A DNA stretch of 64,000 nt from Octopus sinensis (lineage: Eukaryota). Location: positions 22,754,001 to 22,818,000 of the forward strand of contig NC_043009.1 of assembly GCF_006345805.1 (NCBI RefSeq), given 5' to 3'. The position numbers and the translations under genes were made by a program. A model generated the notes under the pieces. It saw nothing but the letters and a program-made list of their open reading frames with translations, searched no databases and had not been told where the DNA came from. This document shows, piece by piece, positions 50,660 through 64,000 of this stretch. The stretch's first letter is position 1. Every line of letters starts with the position of its first letter.

Positions 50660-51079
50660 GTTAAGCTTTTATTCTATTTGTTTCCTGAATAAGCTGCAAC
50701 AACAGCAAAAACAACTGCAGCTCTTTAGCCGATACACTTGAAGGATCAGAAAAACAGAGCAAAGTCATGAAGGCTGACGATGCTCTTTTATATAGTCTTG
50801 TATGTAAGGAATTGGCTGAAGAAAGACATTCTGTAAGGATGTGGGTGTTTCTAGGGAAAGAATCAAAATTGCAGGAAGGCAGAAAGAGGAGAGAAGTGTT
50901 GTGCTTCTGGTTCTTGGTGCCAAGAGAGATACAGAAGTTGTGATGGCAGTGGTGCCTGTGGAAGGATGACAACATAAAGTGATATTTCGAAGGATTCAGA
51001 TTCAAGTCTTCAGAGAGAAGAACCAGTGGTTTTGAGGACTGATGTCAGCTAACAAGACACCAAGAGGGAGGGAGGGAGG

Positions 51080-51122
<43 letters not shown>

Positions 51123-51868
51123 TGTGTGTAAGAGAGTTGTAGAGAACAACAAATTTAGGTGGAATGTAGAGAAGGAAGGACAGTGTACAAAGAGACACAG
51201 GTGTAACATAGGTGCAGGCATGACCGTGAGGTAAGACATTTGCTTCCCAACCAAATGGTTCCAGGTTCAGTCCCACTGTAGGTCTTCTACTGTAGCATTG
51301 TACTGGCCAAAGCCTTGTGAGTGAATTTGGTAAGTAGAAACTGAAAGAAGCCCACTGTATAAATATATGTGTGTGTGTGTGTGTCTTCGGCTGTCTCCCA
51401 CTACCACATGACAAAGAGACCAATAAAATAAGTACCAGGCTTTGCAAAAAGAAAAAAAAAGTACTAGGGGTCGAATCATTTGACTATAAATTCTTCAAAG
51501 CAGTGCCCCAGTATGGCTAAAGTCTAATGACTGAAATAAGGAAAAGATAGAAGACATCATCAACATCTATCTTTTACTTGATAATGCAGGATTAATTAAG
51601 AAAAAATGTGAACAAATAAGTGACACATTTGACAGATTAATCTGAGTACTAAGGGATTAAAGGTATCTATGAATATAGATATTAGGAGCATGAGTGGCTG
51701 TGTGGTAAGATGCTTGCTTCCCAACCACATGGTTCTGGGTTCAGTCCCACTGCATGGCACCTCGGGCAAGTGTCTTCAACTATAGCTTCGGGCCAACCAA
51801 AGCCTTGAGAGTGGATTTGGTTGATAGAAACTAAAAGAAGCCTGTCGTATATATATATATATATATCT

Positions 51869-52685
51869 ATCATCATCATCATCATCATTTAGCGTCCGTT
51901 TTCCATGCTAGCATGGGTTGGACGGTTCTACTGGGGTCTGTGAAGCCAGAAGGCTTCATCAGGCCCAGTCAAATCTGGCAGTGTTTCTACGCCTGGATGC
52001 CCTTCCTAACGCCAACCACTCCGTGAGTGTAGTGGGTGCTTTTTACGTGCCACCCGCACTGGTGCCAGACAGAGCTGGCAAACGGCCACGAACGGATGGT
52101 GCTTTTTATGTGCCACTGGCACGAGGGCCAGGCGAGGCTCGCAACGGACACGAAACGGGGCGGTGCTGGCAACGGTCGCGAAACGGAAAGTTCTCTTACA
52201 TGCCACCGGCACTGGTAACACATCTGCAATTTCCATTGATCGATTTCGATTCTGATCCTCACTTGCCTCAACACATCTTCACAAGTAGAGTTTTGTGTCC
52301 CAAGAAGGGAAGGTATGCATACGTAGGCTGGCTCCATCCCATGTAGAAGGCCACGGGTTGTGGACTCACTTGTCCTGCCGGGTCTTCTCGCGCACAGCAC
52401 ACTTCCAGAGGTCTCGGTCTCTAGTCATTTCCTCAGTGAGACCTAAAGTTCGAAGGTCGTGCTTCACCACCTCGTCCCAGGTTTTCCTGGGTCTGCCTCT
52501 TCCACAGGTTCCCTCAACCGCTAGGGTGTGGCACTTTTCACACAACTATCTTCATCCATTCTCGCCACATGACCATACCAGTGCAAACGTCTCTCTTGCA
52601 CACCACAACTGATGCTTCTTAGGTCCAGCTTTTCTCTCAAGGTACTTACACTCTGCCGAGTGTGAGTACCGGCATTACACATCCA
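51869..52685 (-). mobile_element. 5'-truncated copy of the same RTE family, nested in SINE A (51684-52897)
   Basis: Near-identical to 17443-18360, but lacks the 97-bp UTR duplication. Confidence 0.93.
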
Positions 52686-55600
52686 AAATATATATGTGTG
52701 TGTATGTTTGTCCCTTGCCACCATCACTTGACAACCAATGTTGGTGAGTTTATGTCCCTGTAACTTAGCGGTTCGGCAAAAAAGACCAATACAATACATA
52801 CTAGACTTAAAGTATAAGTCCAGGGGTCGAATTGTTTGACTAATGGTGGTGCTCCAGCATGGCTGCAATCAAATGACTGAAACAAATAAAAGAATAAAGT
52901 GTATTAACAACTCAAAGCTTTCTCAGCACCATTCCCAGAATGAAATAATGGTAGAACAGCAGGTTTTGAATGCTTTGTGTTTTGTTGCAAAGGATCATGG
53001 GAGCACCAGAGATGCAAAGCAAGACATAACATGATATTTTAATGATATTTTACTGTAATTTCACTCTCAGGATAGAGATAATGGAATTAAGAATACTAAT
53101 ATACACCGAACTGTACGTGTAGGATTAATAGGGAAATATGAAAAATCCTTTATAGGTGTGCTTTTAATATATGTTTGGAGCTGTTCTGATTCTACATACA
53201 CACACAAACAAAATATATATATATATACATACACACTGTACAACACATACACTATATGTAAATATACATACACACACACACACTATCATCATCATCACTC
53301 TCTCTCTTTGGGAGAGGCACAAGCACTTACACGTACATGTACACACACGGCAGTAACTTCCGCCTGCCGAATTCAATCACAAAGCTTCGGTCAGCTCGGG
53401 GCTATAGTGGAAGACACCTACCCGAAGTGCCACGCAGTGGGACTGAACCCGAAACCATGTAGCTAGGAAGCAAGCTCCCTAACCATACAGCCATGCCCGC
53501 ACACACATCCTACATATATGTAAACATTCAGACATATACACACATACTATATATATTGATGCATACATATACACATATTCAAAGACATAATATTACGTAT
53601 GTATATATACTTTTCTATTCTTTTCAAGCATTAAACTAATACACCTGCTTGTTGTCCCCTCACCTGTCTTCATCTTTTGTTTTCTGTAAGTTTGAACTAT
53701 ATATATATACATACATACATACATACATACACAGGCACACATCATTGTATACACAGCTAGTCACAATGCACTTTCCATTCTTTCTTAATTATGTCTGTCT
53801 CTCATCTTTGCCCAAATCATTTAACTAAAGTGTCTTCCCATTGTTGTGGAGGCCTTCAGCATGATCTTTTCCAGTCTCTTGAATCCCATTTGAATAGAAG
53901 TGGAAAGTAGATGGGGCTTCACAGAGGCAATGACCAAGACCTTTGGCATTATGTTGTGCCTGAGGAGAAGAAGACCCATCAAGCTGAGCAAAATCACAGT
54001 CATGGAAGATACTGGTGTTATGCAAATTGGCACCTGTGCTGGTGGCACATAAATGTACCCTGGTGTCATGCAAATAGCACCCATGCCGGTGGCACATAAA
54101 AGCACCCATTGCACTCTTGAAGTGGTTGGCATTAGGAAGGGCATCCAGTCATAGAAAACCATGCCAAATCAGACTAGAGTCTGGTGCAGCCTTCCAGCTC
54201 AATCAAACTATCGAACCCATGCCAGCACAGACAATGGACATTAAATGATGAAGATGAAAGGAATGTGTGTGTGTGTTTACATTTGCAGCCATTGAAAGTG
54301 ATGAGTGGCAATGATGTCACTTCTGTTAACAAATCATCCAATTGCACAGCACTTTTGAAAAACAAGTAAGGGTTAGCGACTCGGAGGGCATCCAGCTGTA
54401 AAACAATGTCTTGATAATACAGTCAAACTCATGCTAGCATGGAAAAACAGACACACACACACGTGTGTGTGTGTAGATATATACATGTACTCATATACAC
54501 CACCATATCTAATAGATAAAGTAACAGCAAAGTAGGAAGATGGGACAAGATAAGTAGATTAGCCTGATTAAATATAGAAATAAGTAGACAACTGCAGAGA
54601 TGACAAAATAGATACACACACATACATATCAATACATAAATACACAAACACACACATAAATACTCTAACATAAATATACACACACAAATACACAAACACA
54701 TAAATACACATATAAAAATATATATATTTATAGAGGGAGAGAGAGGGAGGGAGAGCAATGGATTGCCAGGCAGGCAAGACAGACAGATTGACAAGTGTAT
54801 TCTCAGAGGATGTATTTAGAAGGAAATCTGAACTGGTAAGCAGCAGGCATTATTCCAAATAGGTTGACCAGTAAGATTAATAAGAATGTGTCAAAGAGAA
54901 CAAAGGCAATGTCAATAGCTTTGTTTTGAACCAATGACCTTTCACTGTCAAGTAGTTCCACCCAGGGCCTGAGCCACTTTTGGGTGATTCCAGTGTAAGA
55001 GGATGCCTCATATAATGAATGGTGTCAGCAAGCAAGTCAAGACAGTTTATTTAGCAAGTCAGCACTGGCAATACTTTTGTAGGTTAGGCTTCCTTTATTA
55101 TTTATTTATTTTCTTTTACTTGTTTCAGTCAGCTGACTGCGGCCATGCTGCAGCACCGCATTGAAGGGATTTTTTAAGTCAAAGAAAGTGACCCCAGGAC
55201 TTATTGTTTGTAAGCCTAGTACTTATTCTTTCAGTTCTCTTTTTTGCCAACAGGTGTTGGTTAATTTATGTCCCTATAACTTAGTAGTTTCGCAAAAGAG
55301 ACCAACAGAATAACTACCTGGCTTTTGTGTGTGTGTGTGTGTGCGTGTGTGTGTATTTGTGTTGTCTCCTATAACCACTTGATAAATCATGTTGGTGTGT
55401 TTACATTCCCACAACTTAGCAGTTTGGCAAAAATGATTGACAGAATAAGTACCAGGCTTAAACAAATAAGTACTGGGGTTGATTCATTTGAGTAAAAATT
55501 CTTCAAGGCAGTGCCCCAGCTTGGCCATAGACCAATGACGAAGCCAGTAGAAGATAATCATAAACACATTGTACTGCTCAATAACAAACACTGACTCAGT

Positions 55601-58600
55601 GTGTCTCAAGGCAGAGTTCGTAATATTAAATATTATGAATGTGTGGTTTATGCTCGCATAGGTGTGTGTGTGTTTGTTCGTTTATTTGCAGACATGTGCA
55701 GATCTCCATGACAACACTGGTATTAGTGGTCTTTGACTGGCTTACATAATAAGAAATAAGCATTTAAAGTCAATCTATTCTTTTATTCTTTTGTTTGACT
55801 GTGGCCATGCTGTAGCATCACCTTAAAGTGCTTTTTTTTAGTTGAAGAAATCGACCCTACGACATTCTTTGTAAGCCTAGTACTTATTCTGTCAGTCTCT
55901 TTTGCCAAACTGCTAAGTTACAGGGGTGTAAACACACCAACGCTAGTTATCAAGTGGTGATGGGGGGGGACAAACACACACACAGATATATACATACATA
56001 CACACACACATATATATATGTGTATGTAAATATATATGTATACACAACAGGCTTCTTCCAGTTTCCATCTACCAAATCCCACTCACAAGGCTTTGATTGG
56101 CCCGATGCTATAGTAGAAGACACTTGCCCAAGGTGCCATGCAGTGGGACTAAACTTGGAACCATGTGGTTGGGAAGCAAGCTTCTTACCACACAGCCATA
56201 CCTGTGCCTATGTTTGTTTATTTATTTATTTATTTATTTATTTGCAGACACGTGTAGATCTCCATGACAACATCGGCAATTGAGGTCTTTGACTGGCTTA
56301 TGTAACTTTAAATGCTCATATCTTCTTTGTTATTAATTTCTAGAGAGTGAAAAAGAAAAAAAGTATTTGGTTTCCATCATCATGAGTATGCAAAAAAAAC
56401 TGCACCAGAAGATTTTTTTCAAAATTTTCTTTTATTATTAATCTTTGCGATCATTAAACTCATTGTGATTATTAAACTGTGGCCATGCAGGGGCACAGCC
56501 TTGAAAATTTTTTATCCAATCAAATCGACCCCAGTATTATTTATTTGGTACTTTTTGCTGCTTATTCTATTAGTCTCTTTTACCAGACTGCTAAGTTTTG
56601 TGGATGTAAACACAGATACAAAGACATGCACATGCACGCACACACACAATGGGCTTCTTTCAGTTTCCATCTACCAAATTCACTCACAAGGCTTTGGTCA
56701 GCCCGAGACTACATTAGGAGACACAGCGGAACTGAACCAGGAACCATGTGGTTGGGAAATAAACTTCTCACCACACAGCCATGCTTGAACCTATAGAATT
56801 TCTTGAAAATTTCTTGAAAAAAAACTTGGTTTTCATCATCAGCCTGAAAAACTACATCAAAATTACATTTTTTGAAAATAATCTGATGCAAATTCAAAAA
56901 ACTTCAAGCGGTTTGCAGATATTTAACAAGATCTGTTTCTACCTAAATTCTTGCAATCACCACCAGTACAGATGAAAAAAGTTCAACTCTGCTCAGGAAA
57001 TTTGTATTTTACAGATGAATGATTTTTCAACAGCTTAACCACTCAATTGTGAAGTGAGGGTAGTAAAGGTGGTGGTGATGGAGGGAGAGAAATGTAATGT
57101 AATCTGTGTGAGTATTTCTATAACCATTTTTTTCCTTTCTCTTCTCTTCAGCCATGGAAACTTTAGTAAGGAGAGCAGTAGTGTATGTGTGTATGTGTGT
57201 CTCCCAAGGAAGAAAGAGACAACACTGTAGCTACCATAAGACTTGAACTCATAACCATGTGATCCGTATGCTATTAGTTTTTCAACTTTACATCCATTGT
57301 GGCATATTAAATAAATACACATGTAGCACACACAAACACATGTATGTAGCACACACAAGCATGTATACACACACAGACACCTGTGTAACAAACCCAAACA
57401 ATGATACACATAAAATCAGGGAAGGGAAATCTTATTGAACATCGTCAGCATGTGGAGCAGAGTGCTTAGTGTCATTTCATTCATCTGTATGTTCTGAGTT
57501 GAAATTCCGCTGAGGTCAACTTTGCTTCCATCCTCTTTGGTCTATAAAATAAGGACCAGCTGAGCATTGGGGGTAGACATGATCAACTTGCCTCCTCCCT
57601 CGAAAGCACCAACCTTGTGCCAAAATTTGAAACCATTACTATTATTTAATGTCCATTTTCTATACCAGCATGGGTTGGATGGCTTGACAAGACCCGGAAG
57701 GTAGCAGGACTGCATTGAGTTCCAATGTCTATTTTAGCATGGTTTCTATAGCTGGATGTCCTTAATTAATACCAAATTGTCATGAGAAAATTTAGGACAA
57801 CACCATAAAAATGGTTTCAGCTGGTAGAATTGGTAGAACTAGAGAAAAAATGCCCGACAGTACGAGGTTCCAAATCTTTACTTTCTGAGTTAAATCTCAC
57901 CTATGTCAGCTTTGCCTTTCATCCTTTTGTGATTGAAACAAAATGAAGTACCAGTCATGTACTGGGGACAACAGTACTGATGACCAACCTCCCCTCAACA
58001 GTACTATTTTATTCTATTGTCCCCTGCTGGTGCCATGTAAAAAGCACCATTGTTGATGTCACACAAAAAGCAACCATGCTGGTACAATATAAAAAGCACT
58101 TGTGCTGGCGTCACATAAGCACCTAGTACAGTCTGTAAAGTGATCGACATTAGGAAGGGCATCCAGCTGTAGAAACCATACTAAAACAGTTGGTTAGAGG
58201 CTGATGCAGCTCTCTGTTTTGCCAACTCCTGTCAAACTAATAAACCCACACCAACATGGAAAACACGTTAAATGATGATGGTAATGTCTGAGTTGGCCTT
58301 GTTCTAGCAGGCCAATAACTAAAAGCAATACTACCATGACCATCATGCTGGATGGCAATATAGAGTCCATTTTCAAGATGGTAGAGAGTGGTTTGAGGGA
58401 TAGTTGATTGCTATTTTTAGGAAATCATATAATCACAACAAGCTCCTTCACTGATTCTAACATTTGAGAGTGTTTAGTATGGTGCAAAATATTTTTGAGT
58501 AAGCAAATATTTTTACTGGGCAGAAAGAAAAGAAAACATGAAATTATATTTGAAAATGTAAATTATTTGTGAATAACCTGCAAAAGACCCCCCCCCCATG

Positions 58601-59279
58601 AAATTGAAAATTTTATGCAAATCTGATAAAATTTTCAATCAGTATTGATTAACCAAACCCAATGATCAAAAGTGTTCCAGCTATGTTTGTTTGTTTGTTT
58701 ATTTTGTCAAGCAAGGGTTTGATGAAGATTGAGCTGCTATTTCTAGCAGGTGAGGTGACTGCATCAAGGTTTCTTCATTAGCTTGATAACTACATACCTT
58801 TGTCTATTATCTTTTACTCATTTCAGTCATTAGACTGTGGCCATGCTGGAGCGATACACTGAAGAATTCTAGTTGAGTGAATCAATCCCAGGACTTATTT
58901 TAAACCCAATACTTATTCTATTGATCCCTTTTGCCAAACTGCTAAGTTATGGGAATGTAAACACACAGACACTGGTTGTCAAGTGATGGTGGTGGTGGGG
59001 ACAAACACAAAGACACACACACACAAATGGGCTTCTTTCAGTTTCCCTCTACCAAACCCACTAACAAGACTTTGGTTGGCCTGAGGCTTGGAGTAGAAGA
59101 CACTTGCCTCAGTTGACATGCAGTGGGACTGAACCCAGAACCATATGGTTAGGAAGCAAACTCTTTACCACAGAGCCATGCCTACACCTATATTTATAAC
59201 AAAAATTTAAGTGATATACATATGAAGCCAAGAGCTCTGCAGGTGAATAGTTGAAGGTTATATATATATAACGCAGTTA

Positions 59280-59660
59280 CATCATCATCATCATCATCAT
59301 TGTTTAACGTCCGTTTTTCCATGCTAGCATGGGTTGGATGGTTGGACCAGGGTCTGGAAAGCCAGATGGCTGCACCAGGCTCCAGTCTGATCTGGCAGTG
59401 TTTCTACAGCTGGATGCCCTTCCTAACGCCAACCACTCCGTGAGTGTAGTGGGTGCTTTTTACGTGGCAGGCGAGGCTGGCAACGGCCACGATCGGTTGG
59501 TGCTTTTACGTGTCACTGATATGGATGCCAGTCAGGCAGCACTGGTATCAGCCACGTTTGGATGGTGCTTTTTATGTGTCACCAGCACAGGGATCACAAC
59601 TACAATTGCCATTGATTTTTGATGTTGATGTACTTGACTCAATAGGTCTCCTCAAGCATA
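59280..59660 (-). mobile_element. RTE-type 3' UTR fragment
   Basis: (CAT)n, shared terminal segment and GGTGCTTTTTACGTG modules. Confidence 0.8.
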
Positions 59661-61007
59661 GGGTCGAATAAATTTTACCACGAGCAAAAGATTATGAACA
59701 GATGTTATCATAATATTAAGATTATGACTACTGACCCTCACCTCATGCCAGTCAGAAAGTTAAGATTGGCTTTCATCATAGCTGCAAGGTTATTATCACA
59801 TTTTATCACAGTTACAAAAATATGACTAAATTTTATCTCAATAAAATGATATTTTAACAAATTTTACATCAGACTTTATAAATTGATAAAAATGATGGCT
59901 AATGACTAATTACACTATAATTATAAAAAGTGTGGCTAAATTTTATGATAGATATGATTATCACTGAATATTTGTTGCAATTTATGAGATTAGATAACGA
60001 GGCTTTTATTCCCCAATATCAAAGGCATGGTCTGAATAGAAAAAATCTTTGATGCCAATTTCAATAAATATAATGGTTTTCCATAAAAGGTACTAGACAT
60101 CAAATTTGAGGGAAGGGAACTGGCAGTTAAATCACCCACAGTGACTCCTTTTTTTTTTTTTTTTTTGCTCCCCCTTCCACCGAAATCATAGTCATCATTT
60201 TAATGTCCAGTTTTTCATGTTTGCATTGGTCCAACAGAATTTGTTGAGGCAAATTTTCAATGACCAGATGCTCTTCCTGTTTCCAACCCTCACCCATTTC
60301 CAAGCAAGGTATTTTTTTCCTGTGGCCGGACATGTTACAACAGAAGAGTGGAAATGAAGCACAGCAATTGGATAATGGTGACTCTTTTGCACAATGTCTA
60401 GATAAAGAGGCACAAATGTGCGCATGCGTACACACGGACAATGGACTTCTTTCAGTTTTCCATTAACCAAATCCACTCACAAGGCTTTGGTCAGCATGGA
60501 GTTACTTGCCATGCTGTGGAATTGAACCCGAAACTATGTGATTAGGAAAAGAACTTCTTAACCACACACATATATCTATATGCTACAAGTATGCCTGTAT
60601 GTATTTTTACTCTTTTACTTGTTTCAGTCATTTGACTGTGGCCATGCTGGAGCACTGCCTGTAGTCAAGCAAATCAATGCCAGAACTTATTCTTTGTAAG
60701 CCTAGTACTTATTCTATCGGTCTCTTTTGATGAACCGCTAAGTTACGGGGATGTAAACACACCAGAACTTCACTGTTATAACAGCAAAGTAAACTTATCC
60801 GTTAGAAGACTCTTTTACTCTTTTACTTGTTTCAGTCATTTGACTGTGGCCATGCTGGAGCACTGCCTTTAGTCGAGCAAATCGAGCCCAGGACTTATTC
60901 TTTGTAAGCCTAGTATTTATTCTATCGGTCTCTTTTGCCAAACCACTAAGTTACAGGGATGTAAACACACCAGCATTGGTTGTCAAGCGATGTGGGTGGG
61001 GGGACAA

Positions 61008-61056
<49 letters not shown>

Positions 61057-62253
61057 TATATATACAATGGGCTTCTTTCAGTTTCCGCTTACCAAATCCA
61101 TTCACAAGGCTTTGGTCGGCCCGAAGTTATAGTAGAAGACACTTGTCGAAGGTGCCATGCAGTGGGACTGAACCTGGAACCATGTGGTTGGTAAGCAAGC
61201 TACTTACCACACAGTCACTCCTATGCCTATAAATTATTTAATATAATCTGTACATCAAAGTTGATTTCAGCGAAATTTGAACTCAAAACATAAAGACAGA
61301 CGAAATGTCACTAAGCTGTTCGCCTGGTGCGCTAACGTTTCTGCCAGCTCGTTGCCTTTGCTATGGTTCCACTTTGTATATTTTGTGTACACAGACCAGT
61401 ATTCTGTAGTCAGACTGTTTTGAGGAGCTCACCAATATATTGTAGGATTTCCTCCAAGATTATATATGAATGTAGCCTGGATTCTATCTACTTCATTCCC
61501 TACTTTTGGATTTCTATTCGCATACACAGCAACTCCTGCTGCTAACCTTAAGCAGGGGAAATTTTTGAAGGCAGATATTCTATGGCTCAATGCCCTCCCT
61601 GTCATCATCCTTTATCTGTTGTCATCTAAGGTAATATGTTCCCCCGTGACCAGACATGCTTTCTCAGAAGATGGGAAACAAAGGACACTGCTTGCATAAC
61701 AATGATGTTCATTAACAACTGTCACACATGATGTCACACTCACACACACACACACACGACATTAAACGATGAAGATGATGATGATATATAATTTGTATAT
61801 GAATGTTTGTATACACACATACTCACAGTACATATGTATTTAAATTTATGCTTATATTCCTAAATGTATCCTTACAAAAATCTACAATAGCATACACACT
61901 CACACATAATACTGGAGGAAATTTTACCACTTATTGGTGAGCCTCTCAGAACTGTCTGAAGAATACTGGGTTGTGTACACCAAGTACCACCGTAACATTG
62001 GCAATCTTTTGAAGAACAAGTTTACTTTGGAGTTGTAACTGAAGTGCAGAGAAGAACAGTGTTTTTAGAAACAATGCTTCTTAACACCATTTCCTTTTGA
62101 CTATTCTGTCAGTCCTCCTTCCTTCCTTCCTATCTGTTAGTCTAAGTTTCCTATGATATGAAGTGGGAAGGCAGTAAAGTGGTAGAGGAAATAAAAGCTA
62201 ACCCAATTTAGTAATTGAAACACCAAAGAATGGCATATATTTGAAGCATACAA

Positions 62254-62284
<31 letters not shown>

Positions 62285-63179
62285 ACACGTTAAAAAGTTT
62301 GCTGCCTAACCATGCAGTTCCAGGTTCAGTCCAACAGTGAGGCATCTTGCACAAGAGTCTACTGCTGCAGTCTGGCTAAAAACTTGTAAGCAGATTTGGT
62401 AAATGGAAAATAAGAGATCAGCCTGGTGTGTGTATGTGTGTGTGTGTGTGTGTGTGTGTATGTAGTAATAAGTGATGAAGAAAACAGAAAATAGATTTAG
62501 CACTAGTCTTTATTCAGTACGATGATCATTTCAGCCCATCCTGCAACTACAAATTGTGTGCAGAATCAATTATTATTATCTAAACTAACACTGCAGAATT
62601 CCTGACGTAGATCCAGTGGAAATATGCCCCATCTGTGGATGATGCCAGGTAGCCCAAACTGTGAACATGCTTTACTCAACACACTAACAGACATATACCC
62701 ATTAGTCCAAATAATTACATATATATATGTATGAGAGAGAGAGAGAGAGAGAGTTATAGTTGTGAATGAGTGTTATAGTCAAGCAAGCAATGTTCTCTGC
62801 TTCCAGGCTTCTGTGAATACATGTCACATCATGGGGAATAATACCTTACTTGGAAACAGGAGAGAGTTGGTGACTGGAAAGGAATCTGGTCATGGAACAT
62901 CCACCAAAACATATTCTTGTCTGACCCATGCAAGCACAGATAAGTGGATGTTGACATGACAATGATGTATGTATGTATGCATGTATGTATGTAAGCCTTG
63001 TGAGAGAATTTGGGCAAAAGAAACTGAAAAAGAAACCCATGTATCATACTTATATACATACACCATTGATAGGCCAGTTACTGCAGACTGTGTTCTGAGA
63101 TGGAACATCTTATGGACGTGTCATGTTCAGTGATCAGATAGAAGTTGGTGCAGCAAAAACTGACAGCAAATATGCTTAA

Positions 63180-63397
63180 CCCTTTAGTATTTAGGTTTCT
63201 TTTGTGAAATGTTCTTATTTATTTGCATTGTTTTGAATGAATCATGCATTGTCTTGTAGCTTTGAAATTTCAATGGTGTGTTTGTATATCTATAGAATGA
63301 CATTGAAGGGTAGGTGAGAAAGACCAGATATGACCAGTTTGAACATAAAAGAGGTAGAATATTTGGGCCAGATATGGCCAGATTAAATGCTAATGGG
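63180..63397. mobile_element. Short piggyBac-like MITE
   Basis: TTAA|CCCTTTAGTATTTA ... TAAATGCTAATGGG|TTAA; relatives at ~3993-4204 and ~1143-1320. Confidence 0.75.
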
Positions 63398-64000
63398 TTA
63401 AGGGAAGTTAATTTTTGTGTTTTTTAGTGGCTAATATATGTGTTCCAAGCTGTAACTGTTTTAGTTTCAACACATGGTCTCAGATCAATTCACTTGCCTG
63501 GCAAATATACATTCACTGTTTCCAGGAATTTTGGTTAAGCAGATGACAAATGGGATGCATGGTATTGACAAGCCTCAAAAACGGCAAAACATCACTGTTG
63601 TCCTGTTGTATCCACTGCAATGGTGATGTTTGTCTTATTCTGATATATGTTGTGTTTTAACACAAAACTATGAAGAGATTTTATCTCAGACAATTCCACA
63701 GCATCGCACATTCTAAAGTTGTGTATACATTAAGAATGATACATTGATGAATATGTATGTACACACACACATATACATCTGTCAATTATAGTGTGTGTGA
63801 GATTATCATTATTTAGTGTCTGCTTTCCATGCTGGCAGTTTGACTGGAACTGGTAAGCCAGAGAGCTGCGCATAGTTCCATTCTAATTTTGGTTTGGTTT
63901 CTATGGCTGGATGCCCTTCTTAAGGCCAACCACTCCAAGTGGTTCAAGATCTGTTAATTATAGTTTGTGTATACAAATACATCTATCAATTAGTGTGTGT

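Noticed and set aside
61925-62040. Possible minus-strand exon
   Set aside because: Splice-like signals and one short open frame only, with no homology; expected by chance.

Overview
AT-rich, microsatellite-laden metazoan DNA made almost entirely of transposable elements. The SINE/LINE repertoire suggests an octopus (coleoid cephalopod) genome; this is an inference. There is no confidently identifiable host gene, and an assembly gap lies at 40001-40100. Main content: a decayed Helitron (Rep-tail/PIF1 helicase) with both termini, plus two non-autonomous Helitron/Helentron elements; a young 5'-truncated RTE LINE with an open RT ORF carrying a C4HC3 finger, plus several 3' fragments; a CR1/L2-group LINE whose 3' stem-loop is shared with the dominant SINE; two large fold-back Penelope-like elements (PLEs, GIY-YIG) and several mini-PLEs; piggyBac-, hAT- and Tc1/mariner-type MITEs; many tRNA-derived SINEs; and a U6 pseudogene. 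The most notable signals are RNA-structural. First, at least four families of type-I hammerhead ribozyme motifs with palindromic stem III lie in PLE ends, including a compensatory G3-C8 core variant and a U6 variant. Second, a copy-number-variable array of H-type pseudoknot plus hairpin modules (up to 11 units) lies in RTE 3' UTRs. Coordinates were counted by hand and may be off by a few bases.
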